The notes: a model not told the origin generated them from the letters alone. Positions 8,323-18,689 are shown, numbered from the stretch's first letter. The stretch: 64,000 nt of DNA from a bacterium (GCA_020444065.1 JAHLLQ010000010.1:76866-140865), one strand, 5' to 3'. Program-made: numbers and translations.

Positions 8323-10092
8323 TTACCTGGCGGGGATGAGGGGGACGTGCATCCAGAGGTCTGAGATGTCGATGATGCCGTCGTCGTTGAGGTCGTATTC
8401 TTCGGTTTCGGGGCCGGTGAGGGGGAGGCCGGCGATGATGTTGAGGCGGATTTTGCCGAGGTCGATGCTGCCGCCGGAGGCTCCGAATTGGAAGTGGATG
8501 CTGCCGTTGGCGGTTTCGTCGTCGTCGCCACGGCCGCCGTCCTGGAGATCGAGTGCGATGTGCAGGCGGTCCTGGGCGTCTTTGCTGAAGGAAGCGCCCG
8601 TTTGGCCTTCTGGGGCGAACAGGTAGTACTGAGCAGCTCCGGTCTGGCTGTCGAACTCGAGCGCCCAGACGGCGTTCATCGTGGGGGCGGGGTCCTGGAC
8701 GATACATTCGACGCTGGTGGTGCCGCCGGTGGGGACGCCGTCGACGACGAAGCTGATGAACCGCAGGGGAAAGTCGAGGAAGTAGAGTTCGGCCGAGGCG
8801 AAGGCAAACTGCGCCGGGCCGAGATGGCAGCGGACCTGGCGAATAGTGGTTCCGTCGGGGGCGACGAGGGTGACGGTGCGGCCGGAGGCAGTAGGGAAAC
8901 TGATGACGTTTGTCTGCTGGTCATCGGGGGTGGAGTCGCCGTTGCCGTCGATGGTCGACTCGCGTTCCCAGCGGACAACGCGTTCGCTGGTGCCGTTGGG
9001 GAAGTTGTCTTCGCTGAAGCCGAAGACTCTTTCGTCGTCGGTGATGAGATGGGCCCAGGAGCGTTCACCGGCGAGGGTTCCGAGATCTTCCATGACGCCA
9101 TCTTTCCAGACGATTGCATGGATCGGGCCGGTGTAATTGCCATCGCCTTCCTCGGTATAGGACCAGCCGGCGATCTGATTGTTGTTGTTGAGGGAAAGGG
9201 CGCTGGAGCGTCCGCCGGATCCGGCGAGCGAGCCGATCAGTTGGATGCCGGCTTCGCTTGTCCAGAGGAAACCATTCACAGGTGCCGTGTTGGAGATGTA
9301 CACGCCTTCGTAGCCGCATGCGGCGCCGGATTCGTTGATGTCGAGTGCAGTCGAATATTGGAAGGAGTCGATTGTGGCGCTTACGCCGGGGGCGGTCCAG
9401 ATCGCGGCGCGGTAATCGTCTTCGCCCGCGACGGCTCCCGCGCTGTTGATTGCGTAGCCATGGGAGTTGTGGTCGCCGGTTCGCATATCGAGGCGTTGTT
9501 CGGATCCGGTGCCGGCCAGGATTCGCATCGCACGCGGAAAGGCGGCGGATGGCGAACTGACCCATTTGCCGGTGCCGGCCATGTTGCCGCTGTTATCGAT
9601 GGCGTTGACGGAAACGGCACCCATGTCGTGCAGGCCTGTTTCGTTCCAGAAGACGCCGCGCCGCGCGCTCGTACCGCGGTAGTAGTGTGACCAACCGACG
9701 GCGTGGCCGCTCGCATTGACGGCGAGACCTTCCGATTCGGTTGGGCCATCCTCGGTCAGGCCGTTGTAGATGATTCCCCCGACGGCAACCTGGCCGAGCC
9801 CAAGCATGCTTTGCGGATCGGGTGTCCAGACGCCGAGCCAATAACTGAGCCATTCGGAGTTGAATCGTACGGTGGCAGCGCCGGCAACCTGACCGTTTTC
9901 GCTGATGCAGGCATGGGTGAAGGGCTGCAGCGAGGAGAAATCGAAGTCGGGTGTTGGCGGTTTGAACTTGCCGGTGTTGAAGTAGCCAAGATCGACGACG
10001 ACCCACTGGCGATCGCAAAGCACTGTTGTGGGCGCCGCAAGAATGGCCAGAACGCCCAAGGAGAAGGCGCAACGGCGCCATGATGTACGCAT
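8323..10092 (-). CDS. Secreted HAF-family extracellular repeat protein with a dockerin-like C-terminal segment
   Basis: The signal peptide is MRTSWRRCAFSLGVLAILAAP. Repeated A[IV]N.SG.[VA][AV]G motifs are present (ENGQVAG, NASGHAVG, DNSGNMAG, NSAGAVAG, NESGAACG). The C-terminus reads DLNDDGIIDISDL. Confidence 0.75.
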   Translation of the reverse strand: MRTSWRRCAFSLGVLAILAAPTTVLCDRQWVVVDLGYFNTGKFKPPTPDFDFSSLQPFTHACISENGQVAGAATVRFNSEWLSYWLGVWTPDPQSMLGLGQVAVGGIIYNGLTEDGPTESEGLAVNASGHAVGWSHYYRGTSARRGVFWNETGLHDMGAVSVNAIDNSGNMAGTGKWVSSPSAAFPRAMRILAGTGSEQRLDMRTGDHNSHGYAINSAGAVAGEDDYRAAIWTAPGVSATIDSFQYSTALDINESGAACGYEGVYISNTAPVNGFLWTSEAGIQLIGSLAGSGGRSSALSLNNNNQIAGWSYTEEGDGNYTGPIHAIVWKDGVMEDLGTLAGERSWAHLITDDERVFGFSEDNFPNGTSERVVRWERESTIDGNGDSTPDDQQTNVISFPTASGRTVTLVAPDGTTIRQVRCHLGPAQFAFASAELYFLDFPLRFISFVVDGVPTGGTTSVECIVQDPAPTMNAVWALEFDSQTGAAQYYLFAPEGQTGASFSKDAQDRLHIALDLQDGGRGDDDETANGSIHFQFGASGGSIDLGKIRLNIIAGLPLTGPETEEYDLNDDGIIDISDLWMHVPLIPAR

Positions 10093-10246
10093 TGTTCCCC
10101 TGTCCCCTTCTGCAAGGCCGACGGAGGCCTTGTCTTGTATCCCCCTCGCGAGACAGAACGGAGTTCCACCCCACCGAATCCCAGTTTCTTTCTTTGGAGA
10201 CAAAACTGGTGTGAAAGACGTATTCGGTCAAGACCAAACAGGCTGA

Positions 10247-11080
10247 TCACTCACGTGGGGCAGGCTTGCGGGCGATCAGGAGGAAGGTCTGGGGGACGCG
10301 GCGTGCGATGTCGGCGGGGAGATTGGGGAAGGCTTCCCAGAACTGTTCGGGATGCTCTTCCAGGCGTTCGACGACCAGGCCGGCACCGATGACCGCGTTG
10401 ACGACGTCGCCGAGGTTCCACTGGTGCTCGTACTTGATCTGCAGGGCGTCTTTGTCCTGACCGAGGTCGCCGATGTACTCGTCGCACCAGCCTTTTTCGC
10501 CGATCGGACCGCGCTGGAAGTAATCGCCGTAAACCGGGTCGAGGAGAAGTTCGGATGCTTCTCGATCCCAGATCCAGGTGAGAGGGTGGCCCTCGAAGAC
10601 GAAGAGGCGTCCGTTGCATCGGAGGAGCCGAGCGGCGACCGCTGCCCAGGCTTCGATGTCCATCATCCAGCAGAGCGCGCCGCGGCCGGTGTAGACGAGG
10701 TCGGCTGTTCCATCGAGTTCGTGGGGCGTGTCGAGGATGTCGCTACAGTACCATTCGGCGGGGGCGTCGAGGGCTTCGGATTTCGCGCGGGCGCAACCAA
10801 GCATGCGGCTGCTGATGTCGACGCCGACGACTTCGTGGGCGCCCTGATTCCAGAGCGACAGCGTATCGGTTCCCCCGGCGCATTGCAGGTGAATCGCCCG
10901 TTGGCACCAATCGCCCAGTCCTTCCAGGTGGGGAAGTTCGGGAGGGCAGAAGTTGCGTCCGCCTTTGCGCAAGAAGTCGATCCGGTCGGCCAATTCGCGT
11001 TCGTATTCGGCGGCGGCTTCTTGCCACGCCAGCCCCGTTTGCTTATGCAGCTCGCGCGGATCCGCAGTTTCATCAGTCAT
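10247..11080 (-). CDS. Class I SAM-dependent methyltransferase
   Basis: Motif I VVGVDIS and the D/E acidic loop are present. The substrate is unknown. Confidence 0.7.
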   Translation of the reverse strand: MTDETADPRELHKQTGLAWQEAAAEYERELADRIDFLRKGGRNFCPPELPHLEGLGDWCQRAIHLQCAGGTDTLSLWNQGAHEVVGVDISSRMLGCARAKSEALDAPAEWYCSDILDTPHELDGTADLVYTGRGALCWMMDIEAWAAVAARLLRCNGRLFVFEGHPLTWIWDREASELLLDPVYGDYFQRGPIGEKGWCDEYIGDLGQDKDALQIKYEHQWNLGDVVNAVIGAGLVVERLEEHPEQFWEAFPNLPADIARRVPQTFLLIARKPAPRE

Positions 11081-11248
11081 GGCTCAAGTTCCCTTCTGGC
11101 AAGCTTAGAAGCGATGTTTCCTCGGTCCAATGTGGTGGGGCAAGGCATTCGGTCTGCGCCTTGGCTCGCAAGGGTGGGAATGTTTTGCTTGATTTGAAGC
11201 AGCGGGCCGGGCTCTTTAGCGGAAGACTGAGAAAGGATCGTCTTTTAT

Positions 11249-14200
11249 ATGAAGAGTCTGTCTTCAGTGACGGGCGCGTTTGTCTTTGCGTTGCTCGCAC
11301 TGCCCCCGATTGTTTCTGCCCAGGATTGGGCGGGTTTTCCTGCGCTGAATGAGCCAAGTGGCTCGGGACAGGGTCCGTTTGCCGTCACAACAGCGGACTT
11401 CAATGAGGATGGCATTCTGGATCTTGCGGTGGCCCACTATGCTGCCGACGAGGTCATTGTCTATCTTGGAGAGGAGCAGGTTGGTTTGGCCAACGGGACA
11501 TTTGCCGCTCCGGTTGCATACACGGCCGGTTTTGGGCCGACGAATGTCTCCCACGGCGATTTCAATGAGGATGGAGTTCTCGACCTGGCGGTCACTAATA
11601 TCGACAGCAACAATGTGTCCGTTCTGCTCGGAAACGGGAGTGGCGGCGTTGGCGATGGGACGTTTGGGACGGCGGCGAATTATGGCGTCGGATTTAGCCC
11701 GACAAGCGTGACATCGGGCGATTTCGACGAGGACGGCATCGCCGACCTCGTGGTTTCCAATCATAGCAGCGATGACGTTTCCGTTTTGCTGGGCAACGGA
11801 AGTGCCGGCGCTGGCGATGGAACATTTGGCGCCGCATCGAGCTACAGCACGGGAACCAACCCGTATCGCGTGATCACCGGTGATTTCAACGAAGACGATA
11901 TTCTCGATCTGGCCGTTGCGAATAAGGGATCCGCGAACGTTTCTATCCTGTTTGGCGGCGGCGGTGGAGGCGTTGGCGATGGAACGTTCGGGGCACCGAA
12001 TGACTACGCCGTTGGGACGAGTCCGTACTGTATCGCCTCGGAAGACTTGAACGGAGATACGATCACTGACTTGGTGATTTCAAATTACAATTCAAACAAC
12101 GCATCGGTGTTAATCGGGAAGGGGCTCGGCGGCGTTGGAGACGGGACGTTTGCCGCGGCGGTAAACTATGCTGTGGGGTCAACCCCGCGGGATATCAAGA
12201 TCGACGATCTGAATGATGACGGAATCTGGGATCTGATAGTTCCGAATGGGGGAGGCGACGATGTGGCCGTGCTGTTTGGCAATGCCGGCGGCGGTGGCGG
12301 TGGAGGCGGAAGTGTCGGGGACGGGACGTTCCAGGCGGCTTCCTTCTACGCCACGGGCGATAATCCGATCAACATGGTTACGGGCGACTTTAATCGAGAC
12401 GGTATCACGGATGTTGTGACGGCGCACTTCAACGGCGGGGATATTGGCGTTCTGCTTGGCGGCGGCAGTGGAGGCGTCGGCGATGGGACGTTGATCGCAC
12501 CCGATTATCCAACGATCAGTTCATTCCCGCGCCGCATCGCCACGGGCGATTTCGACGAGGACGGCATTGCCGATCTGGCGATTGCCAGCGCATCAAACAA
12601 GGTCGAGGTGTTGCTCGGCAACGGCAGCGGCGGGATTGGCGATGGGACGTTTGACACCGCCGTGCCGTACGCTCTCTCAGGACAGGCCTATGCGATCACG
12701 GTAGGCGATTTCAACGATGACGATATCATGGACATCGCGGCCACGATTACGAGTCCGGCCACGGTGGCAATTCTGCTTGGCGATGGCACTGGCGGGGTCG
12801 GCGATGGGACGTTTGGGACTCCGAGCTACTACTCGACCGGGACGGGTCCATACTCGGTCGACACCGGGGATTTCAACGGCGACGACGTGACGGACCTGGT
12901 GGTTGCAAGCAACGGATCCAGCAGCGTTTCTGTGCTGATCGGTACCGATGCCGGCGGTGGTGTGGGCGATGGAACGTTCGCGGCGGGCGTTGCTTATTCG
13001 CTGCCCGCGGGGCCGCAGGACGTGACGGTCGCCGACTTTAACGGCGATTTGATCGATGACCTGGCGACGGCGAATTACAGCGGGGACAATGTCTCCATCC
13101 TGACTGGCGTTGGAGACGGAACATTCAACACGGCGGTGGATTACCTGGCCGGCGACAATCCTTACGACGTGGCGGCCGAGGATCTCGATGGCGACGGCAT
13201 TAAGGATCTCGTGGTGACGAATTACATCAGCAACGATGTTTCGATTCTGATCGGGAACGGAAGCGGCGGCATCGGAGACGGTACGTTTGCAGGCCCGGTG
13301 AATTACGCTGTTGAAAAGACCCCACACAAGATCTCGATCGACGACTTCAACGCGGACGGCATTACCGATGTTGCGATCTCGCACATTCAGGGGCGAGGCG
13401 TTTCCGTTATGCTGGGGACGGGCAACGGGACGTTCCCGGATTCGTTGCATTACCTGACCGACGACGGTCCGATGAACATGGCGGTGGCCGATTTCAACGG
13501 TGACGGATTGCCGGACATTGCGACGCCGACCTTCTACACTGCGTCGTACACGGTCCTGCTGAATCTCGGCATCCTGTATCCAGCCGTCGAAGTCACGCCG
13601 CCGAGTTTGGATTTCGGAAGCGTTGAGCTGGGCGATCCGGCGGTGGCGCTTTCCAGCCTGGTCCAGAACACAGGAGACGGCGATCTGCGCACGACGGCGA
13701 CGTTGACGAACGACGGCGGGGGAGCGTTCAGCATCGCGAGCGTTCCCGCCAGCGAGCTGATCGCCGGCACGTCGGATACGCTAACGATCGAGTTCGCACC
13801 GAATGCGGTGGGACCGATCAGCGGCGAAGTCAGTCTGGAGACGAACACGAGCAGCGGGACGCTGCTTATTGCGCTGTCCGGCACGGGCGTGGACTCGCAG
13901 GCCCCGAGCTCGCAGGTGACCGGGCCGAGCGGTGCGCTGACGCAGCCGTCGCCGATCATCTCGGTCGAGTATACGGCGTCGGACGGAAGCGGCAGTGGCG
14001 TGGATCACGTCGAGTTGTTCTACACGTACACTTCGACTCGCCGCGGTGTGCCGTACAACAGCGCCGGCACATTCACGAGTTCGCCGATCGCGTTCGATAC
14101 GACGTCGACCGGCGGATCGGGGACGTACGAGTTCTACGTGGTGGCGACGGATGGCGCCGGGAACACGGAACCCGCGCCGGGCACGCCGGACGTGACGGTG

Positions 14201-14251
14201 AACTTCAATGATGTATCGCGCGTGGACGATTGGTCGGTTCTCGATCGGTAG
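11249..14251 (+). CDS. Secreted FG-GAP/VCBS repeat protein (beta-propeller repeats) with a C-terminal beta-sandwich region
   Basis: A signal peptide is present. There are more than 14 repeats of the TGDFNEDGI.DLAV...SVLLGNGSGG.GDGTF type. The C-terminus resembles an ASH/choice-of-anchor-like domain. Confidence 0.85.
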   Translation: MKSLSSVTGAFVFALLALPPIVSAQDWAGFPALNEPSGSGQGPFAVTTADFNEDGILDLAVAHYAADEVIVYLGEEQVGLANGTFAAPVAYTAGFGPTNVSHGDFNEDGVLDLAVTNIDSNNVSVLLGNGSGGVGDGTFGTAANYGVGFSPTSVTSGDFDEDGIADLVVSNHSSDDVSVLLGNGSAGAGDGTFGAASSYSTGTNPYRVITGDFNEDDILDLAVANKGSANVSILFGGGGGGVGDGTFGAPNDYAVGTSPYCIASEDLNGDTITDLVISNYNSNNASVLIGKGLGGVGDGTFAAAVNYAVGSTPRDIKIDDLNDDGIWDLIVPNGGGDDVAVLFGNAGGGGGGGGSVGDGTFQAASFYATGDNPINMVTGDFNRDGITDVVTAHFNGGDIGVLLGGGSGGVGDGTLIAPDYPTISSFPRRIATGDFDEDGIADLAIASASNKVEVLLGNGSGGIGDGTFDTAVPYALSGQAYAITVGDFNDDDIMDIAATITSPATVAILLGDGTGGVGDGTFGTPSYYSTGTGPYSVDTGDFNGDDVTDLVVASNGSSSVSVLIGTDAGGGVGDGTFAAGVAYSLPAGPQDVTVADFNGDLIDDLATANYSGDNVSILTGVGDGTFNTAVDYLAGDNPYDVAAEDLDGDGIKDLVVTNYISNDVSILIGNGSGGIGDGTFAGPVNYAVEKTPHKISIDDFNADGITDVAISHIQGRGVSVMLGTGNGTFPDSLHYLTDDGPMNMAVADFNGDGLPDIATPTFYTASYTVLLNLGILYPAVEVTPPSLDFGSVELGDPAVALSSLVQNTGDGDLRTTATLTNDGGGAFSIASVPASELIAGTSDTLTIEFAPNAVGPISGEVSLETNTSSGTLLIALSGTGVDSQAPSSQVTGPSGALTQPSPIISVEYTASDGSGSGVDHVELFYTYTSTRRGVPYNSAGTFTSSPIAFDTTSTGGSGTYEFYVVATDGAGNTEPAPGTPDVTVNFNDVSRVDDWSVLDR

Positions 14252-14280
14252 AGCGCGAGCGCATTGAAAGGGCAGGGTCG

Positions 14281-14308
14281 AAAGCCCCCTCGGTTGCGAG
14301 GGGGCTTT
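14281..14308. terminator. Bidirectional hairpin terminator
   Basis: aaagccccctcg-gttg-cgagggggcttt, a perfect 12-bp stem between convergent genes. Confidence 0.65.
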
Positions 14309-14339
14309 CGTGGTTGTTGGCGCCATTTGGGGGACAAGG

Positions 14340-14440
14340 GGTACTCGCACTCAGCGAAGCGGTACTCGATATCGTACTCGATTGATTGAGGGTCGGGTAC
14401 GTGTACGAGTAGGAGTACGAGTACGCGGGAAAGGGGGCGA
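14340..14440. repeat. Repeat modules D and C (GTACTCG-rich)
   Basis: ggtactcgcactcagcgaagcggtactcgatatcgtactcg ... gtacgtgtacgagtaggagtacgagtacgcg, similar to 8173-8257 and 23166-23244. Confidence 0.6.
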
Positions 14441-14555
14441 ACGATTGCGATTACAAGCACGAGTACGGGGGGCTGAGGTGGCTTGGCCATCTCTGGCCGA
14501 GAGGCAGGGATGTCTTAGGGCTTGAAACCGATCGGGATTCCCGAGGCCCCTGGGG

Positions 14556-14586
14556 CTTGGGCAGGGATGCCCAAGTCACCTCGTTG
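14556..14586. repeat. Repeat module E variant (cttgggcagggatgcccaagtcacctcg)
   Basis: Shares CCAAGTCACCTCG and the inner palindrome with 23334-23363, 24413-24443, 45674-45703 and 58561-58590 (reverse orientation). Confidence 0.5.
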
Positions 14587-14603
14587 GGATTGGTGGGTGG
14601 TGA

Positions 14604-16892
14604 TCAGCGCACGTCGCGGACGTCGAGCCAGGCTTCTTCGGCGAGTTGGCAGAGGGCTTCTTCGCGGGGGCGGACGGCTTCGAAGCCGCCGCGGCCGCTG
14701 GGTTTGGGCTGGTAGACTTCGGCCACCCAGGAGGTACCGCTGCGGCCGGTGCCGCCGCAGTTTTCGCAGCCTTTGGCTTCGTAGAGGCGTTTGCCGGCAA
14801 GGCCGCCGGCCCAGGAGGGCATGCGGCGGGGCGGGGCGGTCATGGCTTCGCGGCATTTGCCGCACAGGCGCGGGACCTGGCTGACGTGGGCGTGCGCCAT
14901 GACTCCGCGCGTCAGCGTCATCGGGTCGATGCCGGCCGCGGTGTAAAGCGCCAGGCCCAGGCGTGCGTTTGCGGCCGTGCAGCACCCGACGAGCGAGCGG
15001 CCGTGGAGCGTGGCGCTGAGGACTTGCTTCAGAATGTCGGGCGTCGGGATGGTGGCGATGCCGCACAAGTCGGGGCATTCGACGACGAAGTGCTCGAGTT
15101 GCTCGGTGAGTTCTTCGCCGGTTTCGCAGGCGACTTGCGTGACGTCCGGCAGCATGCGTTCGACGCGCCGTTCGAGCGAAACGACGGCGCGGCCCTGCGA
15201 TGCCTGGCCGAAGAGGATCGATGCGTAGAATTGCGAGGAGAGTCGGGAGTATTCTGAGGTGATGAAGAAGAGTCCGCCGCCGGCTCCGCCGAGGCGATCT
15301 TCGAGTTCGTGGGTCAGCTCTTCTGACAAGCCCAGGATGCGCAGCGGATTCTGGATCAGCGGCACGTTTTCAGGGAAGCGCAGAACGCAGCGATCGCCGC
15401 GCAATGTGCTGGTGAAGAGTGCGACGACAGGGATGTCGCCCTTCTTGCCCGTGAGGAAGAAGTTCTTCTCGGACGGCTTGCGATCTTTGCGCGGAACGTC
15501 GGCGAGCTCGCGCAACCGCGCCGCGAGGGCTTCGTGGTATTTGACGGGGTACGGGACGAGGTCGCTCCAGGTGCCGTGCTTGCGAATGCGACAGCGGGTT
15601 TGCTTGCCGGAGGGCGGCGCGAGTTCGAGTTCTTCGGCGCGAGCGGCGAGGGCATCGTCGATCATGTGCTTCAGCAGCATGCTGACGGACTGCTCTTCTT
15701 CGCCGTCGAGGGCCGCGACGGGTTCGTGGGTGCCTTCCTGGATGATGACTTCGTCGCTGCTGATGGGCAGTGGGGTGAGGTCGCGCGTCGGTGTGCGGCG
15801 TTGCTGGTGCGAGATCAGTTCGTCGGCGGTGCCTTCGTTCGATTCCCGCAGGAAATCGTCACGGCGATGCTTCGGCACGATGGTCGTCGGCTGCGAATGA
15901 AGCGATCCGCTCTCCTCGACGGTTTCGGGGTCGGGGAGTTTGGCTTCCATCGAATCGCCGGTTTCGCGTTCGAGCTCTTCGCTTTCCCGAGGGGTTTCTT
16001 CCTCAGGCTCGGGGATTTGTTCCTTCGGGGTCTCGATGTCCTCGGGAGCGGGCTCCTGGGCTTTGATGGCTTTCAGGCGAAGGGTGGAGTCTTCGTCGAC
16101 GGGGAGCTCTGCACCGCGTTCGTCTTCTTCCGGCGCGACATCCTCGACCAGTTGCGTCGAGGCTTCGTGATCGGTAGTGGAGAAGTCGGGCTTTTCGGAT
16201 TCGGACTCTGAGACCGTGGTATCTGCGACGTCGGCGCGGGTGACGCCGTTGTGGAGGCGTTCGGATTCCTCGGAGTCCACTGGCGTGGGCTCGGTCGCCA
16301 TCGTCTCGGGTTCGTAGGCGAGGGTTTCGTCGGTCGAAATCGAGAGGTCGCGGCGCGGCGTTCCCTCGATGATGCTTTGATTCTCCGGGCGGACGTCGCC
16401 CTGGGACTCTTCTTCCTCGATCGCCTCGACGGGGACCTGGTCGGAGGATTCCATCTCGTCGAGCGAGTAGCAGCGTTCGAGAGCACCCTGGATTGCGGAG
16501 TGCGTGGCGGCGACGATCCGGATCGGGCGGCCGGTGATGGCCTTCAGGTCGTCGACCAGGTAGATGTTCGTGAAGTCGGCGACGGCGACGACGAGGTCGT
16601 CTCCGACGATGCCGACGGGGGTGGCCTGGTATCGGCGCGCGACGCTGGCGCGCAGGTGGCGCAGGACGATCTTGTCGGGGGTGAAGGTGTCGAGGTCGAG
16701 GAACTCCAAACCGCTGAGGCGAGCTAGGTTACGCGTAACGATTTTCTCGTCTGCGTAGCCCAATTCGATGATGCGATCGGCAACCGGGCGGCCGGATTCT
16801 TCGGAAGTCTCTTCGACTTCGCGCGCCTGCTCGTCGGTCAGAATGTTCAGCCGCTTCAGTCGTGTGAGCAGCTTCGATTCAAGGGAAGTCAT
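14604..16892 (-). CDS. GspE/PilB-family ATPase-like protein with an N-terminal T2SSE_N (MshEN-like) domain, a long acidic linker and a degenerate ATPase core
   Basis: The N-terminus (LTDEQAREVEE...VADRIIELGYADEKIVTRNLARLSGLEF) matches the GspE N1 domain. The expected GPTGSGKT Walker A is replaced by ITSEYSRLSS. The C-terminal tetracysteine LCGKC...CENCGGTG is retained. Confidence 0.7.
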   Translation of the reverse strand: MTSLESKLLTRLKRLNILTDEQAREVEETSEESGRPVADRIIELGYADEKIVTRNLARLSGLEFLDLDTFTPDKIVLRHLRASVARRYQATPVGIVGDDLVVAVADFTNIYLVDDLKAITGRPIRIVAATHSAIQGALERCYSLDEMESSDQVPVEAIEEEESQGDVRPENQSIIEGTPRRDLSISTDETLAYEPETMATEPTPVDSEESERLHNGVTRADVADTTVSESESEKPDFSTTDHEASTQLVEDVAPEEDERGAELPVDEDSTLRLKAIKAQEPAPEDIETPKEQIPEPEEETPRESEELERETGDSMEAKLPDPETVEESGSLHSQPTTIVPKHRRDDFLRESNEGTADELISHQQRRTPTRDLTPLPISSDEVIIQEGTHEPVAALDGEEEQSVSMLLKHMIDDALAARAEELELAPPSGKQTRCRIRKHGTWSDLVPYPVKYHEALAARLRELADVPRKDRKPSEKNFFLTGKKGDIPVVALFTSTLRGDRCVLRFPENVPLIQNPLRILGLSEELTHELEDRLGGAGGGLFFITSEYSRLSSQFYASILFGQASQGRAVVSLERRVERMLPDVTQVACETGEELTEQLEHFVVECPDLCGIATIPTPDILKQVLSATLHGRSLVGCCTAANARLGLALYTAAGIDPMTLTRGVMAHAHVSQVPRLCGKCREAMTAPPRRMPSWAGGLAGKRLYEAKGCENCGGTGRSGTSWVAEVYQPKPSGRGGFEAVRPREEALCQLAEEAWLDVRDVR

Positions 16893-17072
16893 GTGCTTCG
16901 GTACCCTTAACCCTGCAATCTATCCCCCGTCCGGGCGGAACCGGACAATCCTCCAGATACGTTGGCCGACCGGTTCACCGGCAGCAAGACGAATTCCCTG
17001 TTTGGCTTGCCTGGAGTTACACCGCTCAAATCTCCGTTGAGCCCGGAAGCGTGGGCGGGGACGGTGGCGGCC

Positions 17073-18689
17073 ATGAGCGCTTCGACTCCGCCAACTCGCG
17101 CATCGACAGCCTGGCCCGTGCCCTACTGGGTGCTGCTCCTGGGCGTTGTGGCGGTCGCTGCGGCCGTCCGGATATGGGGACTAGCGGACAACCCGCCGGG
17201 GTTGTTCCGCGACGAGGCGGAGAAGGGCTACACGGCGCTTGAGCTTTGGCGGACGGGGCGGCACGGCGAGTTCGTCCAGGGCGCCATCGTGCCGACGCGG
17301 CCGGTGCCGTTCTTCCTGGAAGCGGGCGGTGTGCAGACGTCGGCGATCTACCAGTACCTGGCGGCCCCGATTGTGGGGCTGTTTGGGCTGTCGGTCGGGA
17401 CGACGCGGCTGCCTGCGGCGCTCGCGGGGATTCTGCTCGTGGCGCTGGCGGCGTGGCTTGCCGCGCAGTTGGAGGCCGGGCGGCAATCGATCTTCCGCCC
17501 GGACCTGCAGCGATCGGCGGCTCCGCGGCCACGCGTTGCAGCGTTAGCGGCGGCCGGGTTCGTGGCGCTTTCGCCGACGCATGTGTTGTTCAGCCGGTGG
17601 GCTCAGCAGGGCGTGACGGTGCCGGTGTTTGCGACGCTGGGCGTCTGCCTGGTGCTGGCGGTTGCCGCGGCGGGGGAGCGCCATCGGCGCGCGCTGGCGG
17701 TGTTGGCAGGGCTGGCGTTCGGGTTGGCTTTTTACGCGTACGCGCCGGCGCGGCTGGTGGTGCCGGTGATTCTGCTGGGGCTGGCCTGGGAGATGGGCGG
17801 CGACTGGAAGCGGCTGGTGCGCGCTTATTGGCCGGCGGCGGTGGCGTTCTTCGTGATCGCGGTGCCGGTGTTCCTGTACGCGATGACTGCGGGGTCCGGG
17901 CGCTTCGAGCGCGTGTCGGTGTTTGCCGGGCGATCGCTGCCGGAGGGAGTTGGCCTCTTCCTGCTCAACTATCTCAGGCATTTCGACCCGCGGTTCCTCT
18001 TCTTCTTTGGCGATGCAAACCCGCGGCACGCCATGGCGCTGTCGGGGCTGATTCCGTGGGGCGAGACTGCGTTCTTCCTGATCGGACTCGTGACGCTGCG
18101 GCGGCTGTCGCGGCCGGGGTCGCGGTTGCTGCTGGTGTGGGTGCTGGCGGCGCCACTGGCGGCTTCGTTGACGGCAGAGGGGATCCCGCACGCGCTGCGG
18201 TCGATCCTTTTCTTTCCGGCAGTGCATCTGGTCAGCGCCCGCGGCGTGTTGGCCATTGCGGAGCGGCTGAATCCGCGCGCGGCTCTGGGGGTGCTGGCGG
18301 TGGAACGGTTGGCGACAGGCGTGCTGCTGATTGTGGCGTTGGCGAGCTTCCTGCCGAAGCGCGACCAGGCGTTCCAGTACGGGGTCCTGGAGGCGCTCGA
18401 TCGGATGTGGGAGGCGAATTCGGAGGGGCCGAATGTTCTGTCCGTCGAGGTGCCTTACGCGCATTACTATGTGCTGTTCCACGACGCGCCGGATCCCGCG
18501 GAGTTCCAGGAAAATGGCCTCGCGGCTGCTCCGACGATGCTGCTGGCGCCTGGGATGGCGCTGCCGCCGGGGGCGCTAGTCGCGCGGATGAACGCCGACA
18601 TCTTCGCCCCGCCAGGTCCGCTGGATATTCTCAGCCCGACGGCTGAGCCTGGGAGTGCTCCCGTGATGACCGTCAGGCCCGGGTGGTGA
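17073..18689 (+). CDS. GT-C fold membrane glycosyltransferase, ArnT/PMT-like (GT39/GT83-like)
   Basis: A polytopic membrane protein with the periplasmic loop motif DEAEKGYTALELWRTGRH typical of ArnT/PMT_2. The ORF is open from 16962, and the likely start is MSAST at 17073. Confidence 0.65.
   Translation: MSASTPPTRASTAWPVPYWVLLLGVVAVAAAVRIWGLADNPPGLFRDEAEKGYTALELWRTGRHGEFVQGAIVPTRPVPFFLEAGGVQTSAIYQYLAAPIVGLFGLSVGTTRLPAALAGILLVALAAWLAAQLEAGRQSIFRPDLQRSAAPRPRVAALAAAGFVALSPTHVLFSRWAQQGVTVPVFATLGVCLVLAVAAAGERHRRALAVLAGLAFGLAFYAYAPARLVVPVILLGLAWEMGGDWKRLVRAYWPAAVAFFVIAVPVFLYAMTAGSGRFERVSVFAGRSLPEGVGLFLLNYLRHFDPRFLFFFGDANPRHAMALSGLIPWGETAFFLIGLVTLRRLSRPGSRLLLVWVLAAPLAASLTAEGIPHALRSILFFPAVHLVSARGVLAIAERLNPRAALGVLAVERLATGVLLIVALASFLPKRDQAFQYGVLEALDRMWEANSEGPNVLSVEVPYAHYYVLFHDAPDPAEFQENGLAAAPTMLLAPGMALPPGALVARMNADIFAPPGPLDILSPTAEPGSAPVMTVRPGW

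Noticed and set aside
8488-9690. 400-aa plus-strand ORF
   Set aside because: Antisense to the HAF-repeat protein gene, with low-complexity translation.
12677-13450. 257-aa minus-strand ORF
   Set aside because: Antisense to the FG-GAP repeat gene. The repetitive DNA keeps an antisense frame open.
17246-18646. 466-aa plus-strand ORF and 312-aa minus-strand ORF (17544-18482)
   Set aside because: Alternative or antisense frames of the ArnT-like membrane-protein gene. The Ala/Gly/Arg-rich translation is not membrane-protein-like.
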